Position numbers and translations under genes: made by a program | Notes under the pieces: generated by a model | The model's input: the letters and a program-made list of their open reading frames with translations, nothing else | What the model was told of the DNA's origin: nothing | The model's database searches: none | Part shown: one piece after another, positions 26,601 through 41,600 of the stretch | Numbering within the stretch: position 1 is the first letter of the stretch | Layout: each line of letters begins with the position of its first letter | Origin: Balanoglossus misakiensis | Lineage: Eukaryota > Animalia > Hemichordata | NCBI GenBank assembly: GCA_040954595.2 | Contig: CM082578.2 | Span: forward strand, 11,167,166 to 11,231,165 | Direction of reading: 5' to 3' | DNA length: 64,000 nt

Positions 26601-29600
26601 GTATTTACCTATCCACGTGTCTTTCTGTCTGTCTGCCTGTCCGTCTGTCGGTTGGTCTGTCTGTTAGTCGTGTTGTGTTGTGTTGTGTTGTGTTGTGTTG
26701 TGTTGTGTTGTGTTGTGTTGTGTTGTGTTGTGTTCTGTTCTGTTCTGTTCTGTTCTGTTCTGTTCTGTTCTGTTCTGTTCTGTTCTGTGCTGTTGTGCTA
26801 TGTGTATTGCGTTGTTGTGTACTCTCTTAATACTTGTCAACACGGTGCTGTGTACTTGATCTACACTTTCTAAACACCTAATGATCCTTAAAAGCGATGG
26901 ACAGTCTACGATAAAACTGTCATTTTTTTCTCAATTAAAACACTACGTTCACACGTCATTGTTTACGCAGTTGCAATGCGTTTGCCCCCAAGGTTAGTAA
27001 CCTTTAAAAATGAGAAAATCTGGAGGCGTTCCATCCGCCGAAGTAAATATTTCCGTTTCGTGTACACAAAATAATATAACGCATACATGCAGGAGTGTGG
27101 TTGTTGATTACCCTAAAACCATTGCACGGTTCGCCACGTGAGGTGTAACTGAATTGTATACTTTCGACGTCATCAATGTTTTATTGATCAGAAGCCTTTA
27201 CTTGGACGCCAGAATCTACATTAAACGCAGATACACATCACATTTCTTATTCATTACTCCTTATTGTCGTCAGTTAGGTGACTGTAGCCGTACGACTGGT
27301 CAGTGTAAGTTCAACGGCCGCTACTGTGATACAGCTGGGATATAGAGAGCAGAACGCCGTAATTTCTGTACACGGCGCTGCTTTCGTTCACATGCATCTC
27401 AAGAAAGGCCTCGACTTGCCGAGAAAAAAAACATCGACGGTGTTTATAATCTGTGATCGTGGTGGTGCATAGGCGATTTCATTGGCGAAATATTGCGTGA
27501 AACGTGTGGGCACAGGCTTGGAGTTCCTGCACCTTTACGTCTTCGTCATTCCCGGGGCATGCGCAGCCATATAGTGTATGATTATGTTGACCCGTTGTTT
27601 ATGATTACTAGAAGAATGCATCTTCAACTCTTGTCACCGAGTCCACTTTGACTCTGGCCGTTCCAGTGTGCGCTAATTACTGCTTGGGTCAAATCGTGAA
27701 GGACAAATTATCAAGCTTGTTGAAAATCCCCCCGCTCTCCCCCCCCCAAACAAAATGTGTTGAACCCACCCTATAGTGACACTCATATTGAATATTCGGA
27801 TCCGTAATTAACACTCCGCCCGGTACATTTTCACTGAATATCATCATCTTGGGCATTATTCAAGTTTATTTATAGACTAATTAACTAATGACGCCTGATA
27901 CGTTTTTGTGACGAGCGGCAACAGGGCCATTGCTAATGAATATATACAAGCAAATGCATTAGACATGTATTCGTTCTACGCTTCGACGGAGCTGCACGGA
28001 GCGAGTGAAAGAGAGAACGAACAATGGCGAGAATATTACCTTTTCACAAATGTTCTCGGTGACGCTGCTGCTCATTCAGTGAAGAAGAACGGAGGCAAAA
28101 AGTCGCTTTCGCTCCAGCATTATCCTTCTATAGTACTAGTAGTTCTGTTTTAGGTGACTTCTCTTCTTATGCATTATTCAAAAACGACGCACACACGGTG
28201 CATATTACATGTATTATGGGGTTATGCTGACACGCGGAGAATTGGAATTTCCAGTCTTCCCCAGCGTGGGCACTGTGGAAAGGCCGCTCAGACAAGAGAT
28301 TTTCTTCAACTGGCTTTTATTGACAGGTGGTCACTCGATGCGCATGCAAATTAACATAGGTTTGACTGCATATGGCACAGACCCATACATATACATGCAC
28401 ACACACCGACGCAAGCGTCTCAGACACTTTTGTCCAGCAAATTTTCATTTTGCTCACGTTCCTCGCGTTATTACTGTAACACCGAAATCTTAACCTGTCG
28501 TTGAGCTCTAACATTATCCCAACTTAACTTCCCCACTGTGAACTTTATTACAATTTGGAAATAACATGTATCTGATAAGGGATTAAAATAACGCCAACTG
28601 CTAGAGGGACATTTATGCCGATTTAATATAGGCAGAGAATTACAATTATCCGAAGCAGACCCTTTTTATGACCAGGCACTGGAGAACAGTCGTCATAATT
28701 TTTAATATAAATGAAAGGAGTGCAATATCTTCCAGAGGGAAAAATCACCCGAGGTAACGAACACGAGCAAGGATCGCTGTTTTTTTTTTTATCCGACTGT
28801 GAGTGAACTTTAGATATAATAAGTCAACATCATTTGGAAGTCCCCGTTTATGGGGCAATTTCACTTTGATTCCTTGAGAATTCTGATATATTTTTTTCGT
28901 GACAGTTAACTAAATCCAGCTTTCTCTGGGATCCGCAATCAGAGCTGAGAATTGGCACTCGGAGATCGGCTGATTGAGTTGTGAATGCAGTTTATCTTAG
29001 ATGGAGCGAGTCATCCGGCGTTTCGTGCGCACACCTTTTAAGACATTTAACAAATGTTGGAGAATGTTCAACCTCTGCTTTTCTGGGCGGAAGAACACTC
29101 GGTGGAGATGCACTTCGGTGGCTGATGTTTGACATCGCACTTCGCACGAGGAGGTCATCTCTCAGATGATTGTAAAAGGCGCTTTCGCTGCCGCAACTGT
29201 ACACACACAAAAACTGACGTCACACAGACGTGTTCGTCAAACACCCTTGCCCTACTTTCATATAAAGCCCTGTAAACAATTTATGATTTTCGGTTGATTT
29301 GTTGTGTCTTCAAACACTTTCGCTTTTTATCCCACGTTTAAGTCAGGAAAGTAAAATTGCAAGGATGAATGTGGTGTATTCAAATCTAACAGCCGCGTAT
29401 TGAACCCAATGACCAAGGGCACATGTCGAAGTTAAACGAGGATTTGTTAATAGGATTTGCAAGTGAGGAGTGCCGCGATTGCCGTTCTGCGCCGACGTCG
29501 ATAACATAACAGGTGCAAGGGCAAAGAAAGGTCACAAGCCGGTGACGTTTTCGAGAGTCGTTACCATGGCAACGTGAACATTTACGGCGAAACGAGGGTC

Positions 29601-32600
29601 ACATCTTCGGGGGTTTTCCCCCTATGGTGGGGATGGACAGTAGGCACGGAGTGTCCACGGAGAAAGGTTAAAGCGATATCGCTTGTTCTAAACGGCGATC
29701 GGCCAAACCTTTATTTCAGCATATACATGTAGGTGTGTCAGATTTGCGGGTGGAAAATCCTCCACTGTCAACCTGTCAGCTCTGAAAGCTTTGAAATGAA
29801 TGCACTTGGAAAACAATGTAATAGCGGTCTTTTAAAAATGTCCACTTGATTGTATAGAAGTCGTGATAAACGGAACGTTTTAGAGTTCGTCTGATGAATG
29901 TTTTTTTTTCTTTGGCGATCTCTCATGGTATGAAAAGGGATTTGATGTTTCACACTACGCTACGTATTTGCCCTCATCTCGAGTATATATTCACTGGATT
30001 GACGCTTTCGTGTCACGCACACTCGGCGGCGGTGGTGGTGGTGGTGGTGGTGGTGGTGGTGATGATGATGATGACGCAATGCGTGGTAGCGTGTCTGTGA
30101 CAAAATTCGCATCATGCCCGATGGTGTCATCGTTTATTCATAGTCTAGCGGAGCCGGTTGTCAGCTGCGTCACCAAGCACATGCCTGGCGCAACGATAGG
30201 TCGTCTCCGGTTGTACATGGATCAGGTTCGCATCGCCAGTTCTGTGAATTAATCCGAAGCCCAAATTCAACCGCCCCGGAACGTCGAATCTGTACACAGA
30301 ACGAGCTCGATTTTCATCAAATTTACGTCAAGGCGCATCAAAGCCAAGGGCATATCATAATCATCGGGACTCTATCATATTGTTTACTCGCCAGTATTAT
30401 TAAAAAAATCTCCTGAAAATGTCAGGCGTCACGCGTGGATTTCTATGCGCCCTAAGCTCAGTCTCCAAGTGCCGAACTGCCGACCTTTTACTTAAACTTC
30501 TCCGCGAAAGAGAAAGCCTTCTTTTCTCTTGCGGTGAAAATCACGTGTCCAGACACCAGAATTGACTAAGGCGCCTTATGGCAGTTGCTACATTCGTACA
30601 GCAGCGAATAGCTGGAAAAACACGTCTTTTTCGTAACATAATACATTTGCGCGCATTAAAGTAATAACAAGTGATTCTGAAGCTGAGTCAGTGAAAGTTA
30701 TATGGATTCTTGAAGGTCTGTCTATGCAAGATAATATACAATCATGTATAATGTATAATGCCCTTATGGAAATGAGTAAAAAGGACGCTTGTTTGATAAC
30801 ACAAAAGTTTCATGTACTTTTTACTGAAAGGACGAGTTCGATGTCTTCTGTTGAATTATATGGCTTGATTATCGTTGGCAAACCTTTTTACTAAATTGTA
30901 TGTAAAAGTCTTAATCTGGTAATACTTTAGTTAAAAGGTTCACCAACGCTACTCAAACCATTGAGCAACGTTCATTTGATGCTCTTTCTGTGATCTGTTT
31001 GACTTATCTAATAATTAACATTGAATGTCAAAGATCCTCATTTTACACCTGGTCTCCCGCCGTGCTGCAACGGGTGGTACCCGGAAATAGTTGCTAAATT
31101 TTTTTACATTGTATCTGTTTTTTCCACATTCACCAAATGACAGAGTTCCATGAATGTTTTATAAGCGGCTGATAGAGTTTCTCATAAATGGCAAAAGGGT
31201 CGAAAAACGCCAAATTTTGCCCCCCCCCCCCCTGTATGAAAAGGCGAATTGTGCTGCATGTGTCTCAGCTGTATATCATTGACGCTGGCGACACAAGGCG
31301 GATACTTCTGGGTAATCTGGGAAACCAGAAAAGGGAACTTGACGATATATATAACTCTGCATGAAATGCCAGCCGATAACAATCAATTAAATGTACTCCT
31401 GCGAGAGCTATTATCTTGATTACCGAGCCGTCGATTTGGAAGCAAACAACTCTCATTAATGCGATGGTTTGGATGTATTTTCGCTTAAGTGCTTTGTCGA
31501 TTTCGCTCGAGAGCTCAGCTTGGACGGGAAGAGGCAAAATATCAGCGTGTATACGCTGACCACTTAAAGCGGCGATGGTTCTTTCCCCAGCCGAAAACTT
31601 GATTCAATTACCGTACAACAATGAAAAAAGCGCAGGGATATATGTGTTCGAAGGCTCTCACGCTGTGTGACGACGCCGAAGAGTCGATTGCTGTAGCGCG
31701 ACCGGTGCGGTGCGGCCTAATTTTGGATGTGTGTACATGGATTGCCCTGTTCGGGCGTTTGTTTGTTGTTGGTTGTTTTGTTGGGGGGGGGGGGTATTCG
31801 TGTTTCATGCGAAATGCTTCAAGTATAAGCTTCTTAATACGCCCCATGGTTTTCTTGCGATTTCAGGCCAAGGACGACGCCCCGAAATTCAGCATTGCCG
31901 TCAGCAGCATACAGGGCGTACAAAGTGTCGATTCGAACGCCTTTCAGGAACCAACTGTCTTCCAGGTACATAACCATTCGTCTACACTAACACATAACAT
32001 CATTCATCAAAGTTATTTTACATTCCTCGAGGGAATCCCAGTTTCTTTCGGTTATCTGAGATAGAGTTACGCATGCATCCCCAAAGTTACCTTGCTGAAC
32101 GCACACATACACATATACACACACACAACCAACCAACCAAACAAACACACATACTCATGAAAATCTGACCTTTTGCCCTGTTGATATACACCGTAGGTCA
32201 CATATTGCAGCGATGTTGGCACATTGAAGATTCTGTATTTTTCGTCGAGGAAAAATCAGATGGTGGACAGACAAGAGTGGCTAACAGCAATAAGAAAAGG
32301 TAACATGAAGCATATTCTTACAAATATATGATATCGAAACCGATAAACTAGGAAATATATTTTTGGTAATGGCGTTTGGTAATTTGGGTTAAGTTGGTGT
32401 TCAGTCAGTTATAGGGACATTTTAACAATATTTTGCAGCGTCATTGTGTAAATCTCAATTGATCCTTCATACGTACTAGGCCTATTTCTCGAAAGATAGA
32501 AATGTGAAGAAAAAAATCTTTCTCATTTTGAGTAGCAAAATAATCAACCTCCTAAAACGTGACTATGCAATATCTCATGTAGTCTTTTAGATAAAAATTC

Positions 32601-35600
32601 TGTTTTCTAATGCGATCGAAAAAGTGGAAATATCACGGTGACCTTGGTTGTTCTCATTATTTGCAAAATATACAGTAGTTAGAGCGCTTTGCCTCCTTCT
32701 TTGCGCAATATTCGGCATCAAAAAAGACTGCTCCTCCAGCCATAGTATGTGTGCACAAGAAGCGAAATGCCAAGAGATGATTCAGAAATGCACGGTTACC
32801 AAGCAACGAGGATTGAGACATTTCTATCGTCCCCAGGGAAATATTGTGGAGTTCTATTAACTATCGGTGTAATAAACTGAGGAGACCCACAAACACACCC
32901 TCTCAGAGAGTTTCTCGCAAGACAGCACTCGCTTGGCCTATACGCGGTGTGGGATATTTTTTTTTGCTGAACGTACATGGAAGCGCTGAAAGCACGCGGG
33001 CGCCGCGTGTGTTGACACATTACCATAAGTAGACACCTGCTACTGGAAGTTTGCATTTTATGGTTTATGTGCTAAGATTTCTTTCAATCGCTTAAAGTAC
33101 GCCGTACTAGAACACGGTCATCTCTCATTTCTCGGTGAAGTCTTTTCTGCGATACGTAGAAAAGTTCTTCAATTTGTATTTTGGTTATTTATGTGCTTTC
33201 CTTTTCTGGGGCGTTCGCTTGCAATTGGTTAATTGCTGATGCTATCACATACATGTACGGTCACTTCTGAATAACATTTTTGCACAGATCTCAGACACAC
33301 AGACACTTGCAGGCAGGCGTAACGCCGCCAATCCACCAAAATCACCAATCAGCGTCTCCGCAATCAAATAAGCACGGCATCGTCTTTCGTAATTAGATAT
33401 CGAGCATTCTGTAAGTTTAACAGTTTGTCAAAGCAGCGGTAAATTGTAACTTCTGGCATTTACCAAATCTAGTTGTGGTGTAATCAACTTGCCCGTTCGT
33501 CGCGGCGGCCAGTCGCTTCCTCATTAACGTAGAATTGGCCGCACGGCCCGAGAATAACACCAGAAATCTCATTTGAAGCTGAAACATTAGATTTTGCACA
33601 ATGCAGTAATTTGAAACTCAACTTTGTACGTCCGGATATAGTTTACGTGCTTTCCACAGCACAATGACGGAACACCTTTCGGCTGTTAAACAGAGACGAG
33701 TTTCTTCGGCTTACGTCGCGGAAGATTAACAAACTTATACCGATTGTCTCAGTTGGCAACGAAACAGTTACAGGTGCAGAATAACCAAACGCTATTGAGG
33801 GTATAGTCTTTGAGGAAGATGAGAGGGAAACATGACGTCATATTCCTACCATGGCAGTTTCCTATGACTCGCCACTTCCGGTCCCCATGCGGAAGCAATC
33901 AGAAATGGAGGCGTGACAAACACTAAAGTGTCCCTGGGCCTGAGTGGAGATGCAAGGTGACCCACTCTGGCCCAGGGACACTAATCATATATGTATTCCT
34001 TATTCTTTGTAGATACTGGACAAGATTGAAAATATTTTTTGCTCTCCCTGTTTGGGCTTGCTTTTTAAGAACCTTCTTTTTAAGTAACTGTTGCTGCCTC
34101 AGTGGTAGGGGAAATAGATCATTTTCCGCTCATTGCGAGATCACGCGTGACTTGATTATTTAACGGTAGCGGTGAGTTGCTAGCTCAGTGACAGATTTAA
34201 AGCGGTAAATGCGGTGTTTCATTTTTCAGGTGGCTCTACGAAAATATTCATAGGGTCATTTGCAGACACGAAACTGTTTTGGCTTTTGCATTATTCTCGG
34301 TTTAATATACCAATAAAATCGTTACTTATATGGACTGTGTGTCCATAGTCTAATCGCTTCGGTTGAGGAAGGAGTAATATAATACGAATTTAATGGATAA
34401 AAGAGAACTTAAATTTAATATCGTTGGTTATGACCATATCGTTTTCCCTTTCCATTCCCTTTTCGTATTACAGCGGCTGTTTTTGAAGTTACTGCTTTAG
34501 TTATTGAAATGCATTAAATGGTGAATATCACCGTGAGTGACGTGCAATAAAAAGTTCAGCTCTCGCGTTAAACACTCTCTCCAACAACATTGTGCAATTT
34601 CGTCATCTTCTCACTCGTTATAATCTCTATAACCCTTGCAGTTTGTTCGCGAAACTGTTATTGGCTAACGAATTACCACGGCGGGATCTACCACAGCGGC
34701 GTGTGGACGTGTTGTCGCCACCACTCGAAAACGCACGCCGGCTGCCAAAAGACGACGCTCATAGGACAACCGTGCATAAAGCGAGAAAACCTTGTGGTAA
34801 GGACAGCAATACTTTGTTTACGTTAACACCGCCCTCTCCCTTTTCACCACCCTCTCATTAACTAGTATATTAAACTCCAATTAAGCCTGTGTGCTAAACA
34901 ATTGACAAGTTCTTTAGGGCGTTCGCGTGTTTAATGATTGCGTGCTACCGTCATTGCCAGAGTTTAATTACGTATTATGCACAATCTGAATTGTACACTC
35001 GTTATATGTATGTGCTGAAAATGTTTTATAGAAATCCGGGCTGCCCATTGCAAGCGCATACACATGTAATATCAGCTGCGGGGCCATACTACAGCAAGCG
35101 ACATTTATTATTGCATGCATGTTCTTTGTCTCGCAAATCCCTCGTTCCTGTGTTGTCCTAGCCTTCCTAAAATCGTTTTCTTTTTTATTCTCATATATCA
35201 GTTCTCACCTGCAACGAAACTAAAAACGACCGAATCGTGCAGAATAACGACGGACAGCAACTTCAATCAGCCGAACGGCGGCCCCTTCTCTAAAGAAAGA
35301 AACTTAACGAGGCTCAACAGTAAAAACATCGGGCACATTGAAATCAAGAACTTCAGAGAACAACCGTAAGTTTTAACTGAAGGACTACCTTTAAAAACCG
35401 TATCATGCGACAGGATTTGCGGGTCGCGTTACACATTTCCGTCATAACCTCTTCCGTTAGAGGTGTCGGGTACCGTTTTGAGTGAAGTAAAATTTACAAA
35501 TCACATGATTAAGGAAGAAAAATCTGCGTTTTCCGAAAGTAACCGAATATTTGTTCTCCGGGGGTGCTAGTGTGTTCACATCACGAACTAGCTGCAGTCC

Positions 35601-38600
35601 CGCGGTTCCTGTCAAGATTTGGCCCAAGTCTATATAAAGCTGCGTCACAAACTCACGTTGTAGCCGCGTGCCCTTCTGCGAAAATGGGTCAACAATTCAT
35701 CTGCGCCACGTCTGTGTACCTGTATGCCTAGATTATATTTCACAGAACCCCGGCGTCGGTCTTCAAAAAATGTGATTGGGAGTGGGGTTTCTCCGTGAAA
35801 ACCGATAGCAAAAAAAAGCCCACGCGCAATTATTATCAGTGCCTTGACATTAATTCATCCTACGTTGTTGGTTTTTATTTTTCTTCTCGTCGTCTGAACA
35901 GATGGTTTTACAGTGATATGCAACAGGGAGTGGCTGAATCGCTTCTTCGAGTTCACGTATGTACACATTTATACGCAGGCTACTTTCTCTCAACGCATGC
36001 ATAATTAATCAGTGAGTTCCAGGGGGGATGTTCCATCTGGAGTGCCACAGATCCAAACTGAAAGAATGGTACTGATTGTTTTTTTGTTTTTTACAGGAGC
36101 CGGGTTGTTTTCTTGTCAGGCAGTTCGGAATTTCCATGTTTTTATCGGTACAGTGAGTATACGCATGCACGCGACAGACACCTCATTCGAGTTTCAGATT
36201 GAACTCCGTGCACGTCAGTTAGGATGGGCTTTTAGAAACTCCTTTGTGGGTAACATTTAGTTGTTGAATTTTAACATGTACCGTGCACCGCTTGCGCTTT
36301 AGCCTTTGCGGTATACACAATGTTATTGTGTTTCTGACGTGTCATTTTACCGAAATAGCATGGACAATATTCTTCAGGGAGGGGAAGTTAAGGGAGGGGG
36401 AGGCAAGGGAGGATGGACATAACATCGCGACTAACTGCTCGAATGAAGAGCAAGACTGAAAAGCGCCAACATTGGATATTTCTAAGGTCTTCATATTTGC
36501 TAGTCGCCAATATCGCAAGCCACAAATGGCATCTCCTATTTGCTGCTTTCTTTCAGAACAGAACGCTACGTTATGCACATACCGATCGTCAATGACATGG
36601 AAGAATACTGGCTGGCCGCCGACAAGGAACACCGATTCGGTGACGTCATCGAGCTAATAGAATATTACAAAAATAATGACGGTGAGATATTTTCCATGGT
36701 TACCAACCGAAAGACAGATAGAATATTTTTTTCGCATTTCTGTGGAAACCTTATCGAAGAAGATGAATGGATACTGAGTTTTCTTCTTGTCGTGTCACCG
36801 CAGGCATCGCGAAGGCGCGTCTTGGGGAATCCTCGAGATTCAACACGGGTTTTTTTTGCTGGCTTCTCAGAAATGCGCGCCTCGCATTACCGAGCTCCTT
36901 TTGTTCCGAAGTCGCCGCGTGGCACTTCGTCTTCCCCCCAGTGGGAAGAAAAGTCATTAACTGGCCGTCGTGTGGCAAGGAGTCGCTATATATCGCTGCA
37001 AATATGATGCCATCAATCGCTGATCGTAAACGCCGATGACACGTTTAGTGTACCGGGCGAGTGAACAGTCGTGAATAAACACACACGTACAAACACACAC
37101 ACACGCCTACCTGCCTGCATGTACATGTATACACCCCCACCCCCCCCCCCACACACACACACATCTGACTGTGTCAACATCATCGGAAATTATCTGTAAA
37201 ACTACGCACAGACGGCCGCATTAAAATAGTAACCGCCAATGTCGTCAGGTTGCGCATGCTAATATGCAACGATACGCCTAATCGGGGATTATAGGATCGA
37301 CTGTATCAAAGCTATAGTACATAAATATTTTATTGCGATTGCTCACTGTTGTGATGGAATTTTAAAGATATAAAAGTTCCATATCTTAATACAACGACAT
37401 GAATGGCAGGTGAAATTGGTTTTCAAGCATCGAAACAAGATTCCGGTTTTCTACCTTATACGTACTTGGTATACCGTATAATGTAGGAACGTAGATGGTG
37501 TGACCTATGATCGGCATCCCTGAGTATCCGGCACGATACACATCACGAGACGTCAGTTTACATCGTGAGCGCGACACGCCACGATACTCGATTTAAACCT
37601 CCCTTTCTTTCTCGTTTATAGTTCTGGGTACATGTCTGAGGTCGTTTCCCTCGAAGACGAATCTACAAGGTAAGATCCTAAGTATATAAGATGATAGATA
37701 TATGCGTATATTAAACATGTCTCCCTCACAACAACCCTTTCAGTAGTAAATGTCTGTGTAACTGATGAAAGGCCCGAGAATTGAAAGGTTTCAGCGAATT
37801 TCTCTCAAAGGATGCAAGCAACGTAATAAACACCGTCCGTGCACGCACCCTCCGGAATCTCGTTTCCAGTTCAGTTCAACTAAATGACGTTTGATCAATT
37901 CGATCGGTTTGATATGCAAAAATTAATATTTAAAAAATACGTCTGTCTTGTTTTTTCAACATTGTAACTTGCAGATATTATAGAGGGGTAAATTTTCCCC
38001 ACATTTTTAAAGTTTGAAATTGTGATTCTGGGCTATAGTTAATAAACCAAAATGTGATCTGTCCAGGGTACAATTTGCCAAACCAAATACGTTGGAATTG
38101 AGAGCTATCCACGTCACACAAAACTGCAAATGTTAATGCACGTAGAAGGAATTCTATAGAGAAGGGAGGCAATACGTCTTCCAATTCCGCCCTCGGCTAT
38201 TGACCTAAAGAGTATATTAACCTTTACTGGATTGAACCATCCATAATGGAGGGCGAATGTAAATGGAACGTGGGATTGATTTGTGTGTAAACACGCGATC
38301 TTCACGTTTGAACTATTCGAACTCGGTGTCTGATGGGACACTGCACTAAAGAGTGTCCACGCGTTTCCACGATGACCGCAGTCGTTCAACGGATGGGTTT
38401 TATAATCGCTAATAAGAAAATGTACTGTACTGTACTGTTCTGTACTATACTACATTGTACTTATATTGTTATTTTCAACATTTGAGCGTTCGCTTTGGTT
38501 TGTTGACATGGTATCAAAACCTCGCTCGTGTAATTTTTGTGAGAGGGAAAAAAGAGACCACCTTTCCCTTCGAACTGAAGTTCCCCAAGTCATTCGAGAA

Positions 38601-41600
38601 ATTCGTTTCAGAAGCCATGTATAGTCAGTTGGGAGTTAGATTTTGCGTTGGTTGTCGAATTAATTTACCGCCAATGGAATTCGGCGTCTACCCGCATGCG
38701 TGGTGATTTATAGCGGTGCCTTGGTAATGCTTCTTCGTTGTCAGCACAAAGTGCAGACACACCGGGGTCACGTGCGGAATGAGTTTTTATTTGTTTGCCC
38801 GTACGACTACGAGGATCATAAGATCTACTTATAAGCGCCAAGAAACCCAAGAACTCGCATCTGAGCCTGCTTCCCTACGGTCGCGCAACACTTAGCCATT
38901 GCATCGACTACCATCTCACTAACATGTATATTTTTTCACTTAACTGATTAACTCCAATGAAAAGATAAAGGAAATAGTTTCATGATGTTGTTTTATTTTT
39001 TTCGTTTTGTCCACAGAGCTCTGGCAGTTTGACCTCGACGACGTCAAACTGCCGCAAGAGGACCTGTACAACACGAAATGCTGGGTACGTATACACGTTT
39101 CACCGTCAACTCTGCACATTTCATTAAATCTTCACGGCGGTTGCACACGAGATCGCATTGGTGACTGAAATTCACAAAAAGCACAAAATGCTCCCAGATC
39201 ACACAACGAAGGCAACTGCCCGCGCCGATGCATCTCGAAGAGATTTTTGGCCAAATACCCTGAAATCCCCGCGGATACCCGGCTGCAGGTTTACAGCAGA
39301 GACTGTTGGCCGCGCGCCGCTTAAAACCGCGCGATTAACCAGAGTCCGTCGTTCAGTTTTTAATCGATTCATTAAATTTTGCCCCGGGGACTCTTGTCCA
39401 GGGTCTTGCCTAATTTCGCTTTCGATGTCACGAACACCTTGTTTATGTCCTTTTGCACTTGGCAAAGACGAAGTTAATTGGTACAAAGACGCCGGGAGCG
39501 GTGAATGTGGATCCCCTTGCAATGAGAAGAGTGAATTAACAATCGTTGTTTACTTCAATTTGGAAATAAACCACGGCTGCAAGAAAGAGTGATTGAAGAC
39601 AACGCACACGCCAATTTCGAAGACATGAAATGAAGTTGTTTTGAACTACGCATGCGTCCCTCAGTTTTTAGAATATTTTTTTCGACTCGCATGTCCCTGG
39701 AGCTTCAGAATCTGTGTGCACGACCTGTGCCCTTTCATTCTCTGATGTACACTATCAAAGCGTTTTTTTCTCCTCGAGCATATCGTCAGCAAAAATCGTC
39801 AACTCGACCGAAGAAGCTAGGTCCTCAAATCGGCGTTGAAGCGCGTGCTGGGCTTTCAAAATATACTAACATCTTCTCGGCCTTGCTTTCAGTGACATTA
39901 ACAACTCACTTACTCGAAAACTATCACTAAAATGTTCCCGGCTCAGTGAAGCAAGACCCACAAATTTGTGTTCTGGCTTGCACTTTCGGTATTTGTCAAG
40001 AATGCTTGTTGTGGCGCTAAAAGTGTGTTCATTAAAAAAATCGAGTGTCGCTGCGAGGAAGTACTTAACACGCGCTACACCCCCCCCCCTCCATCACAAA
40101 ATAGCAAAAGTCTTTAACTCGGCGTTCAACCGTCGATGAGTGTTGCAGAGCTTGCTCCTTAGAAGGACAAATCATCCGTGTCTGGTCGTACGATGCCTGC
40201 AAAATTACCAAAAATGTCATCTCGAAGGGCGTATTGTTAGGTTTTTGAAAATCGTTCGGAAAGTTATTCGCTCATTTGACGGTCGTGTATCCCCCCCCCC
40301 TTTCCACTTTCTCGCATACAGGTCATGTGGTTGGGTCACTGGATGCGAAAGGATGACGTCTTGCTACAGAAGATGAAGAAGATACAAGGGAAAGAAAACG
40401 CCCAGAAAGGAACGTTTCGCAGATACACTGCCTTGCTGATGTAAGTTGCCGACTCTTGGTTTCATTCATTCATTCATTCATTCATTCATTCATTCATTCA
40501 TTACTTGTCAACATTTATGACGATCGTCGGTTGCGTGGCGCAGCATACGTTTTGAGGACCTGTGTCACAAACTGGATTGATTTCTATTTTGCAGTTTTAT
40601 CATTCTCACTAAAGGTCTTCAGTAATTCGTCTCTCTCCATTTTGACTGATCATTCTCGAACGATCCACCTTTCAAATGTGTTCTCAAGACTCACGCTTAA
40701 AATTCAAACACAATCGCACACGCGGTCGGACCATATAGAGCTGTCACCTACAGCCATGACGGATCTACACACTCACACCAAAGCATTAATCAATCCGCGC
40801 ATATCAACAGGCAATCAGCGATGATGAAGACTTCAAAAATCCAACTAGTTGCTTGGCAACGTCGCACAGCCGCGCGAAGATCACGGCCACGTCACCGCAA
40901 CCTTTTAATTTCTTATTATCCCAACCCACGTGGGATGTCACAAATGTGTACGGTTAATAACTCTGAAAGGTTGGGGAGTTAGAAATGATCCAGATGTGCA
41001 CGAAAGCAATCACCGATGCCATCTGTTGATCTTAGAGAGGGATAGAGTAGACGACGTTGGCTGTACATTAATACAGGTATATGCAGAAACCTACATGTAG
41101 TTCGGTAGCGCTTGCGTGTCGGGATCAATGTAAAACGTTCTGGGGCCAATTCCTACCCCCTCCCCTACCCTTCCACAAGACGTAGCTGGTTAATTCTCAA
41201 TTTCGCGGTGGGACAAGGTGTCCCTATGGCACCGATTCGCCAGTATGGGCTTATTACAGCCCCATTGAGATCAAAGAGACGTTGAATGATTCAAATGACA
41301 CGATAGCTTTGATTGGAGCACGTTATACTTATAGAGTGGCACTGTCGGTGTACGTGATTCGAAGTTCATATAAAATCAATAAATCATGCAATAATGTGCT
41401 ATTGAGACAGGTGCTGGCAAGACAATTCTGTCTACCAATGTTGACATGCCTCTGTTTTAATTTCCGACAACGCATCGCAGTGTACACACCATGGCCCGAT
41501 CGTGTGTCCCCGCGAAGCTGTGTCGTTATACAAAGCATCTTCGTCTGGTCGGTGTTTCATTTCGAGCGGTGTACATTTCGCACGAATCCCCAGCATCTCT

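Noticed and set aside
26568-26873. Hydrophobic Cys/Val-rich ORF (VVLCC repeats)
   Set aside because: Translation of the (TGTTG)n(TGTTC)n microsatellite.
24004-31600. Many 60-150 aa ORFs in intron 1 as a nested gene or retroelement
   Set aside because: No domain motifs, no RT or transposase signature, and no consistent splice structure seen.
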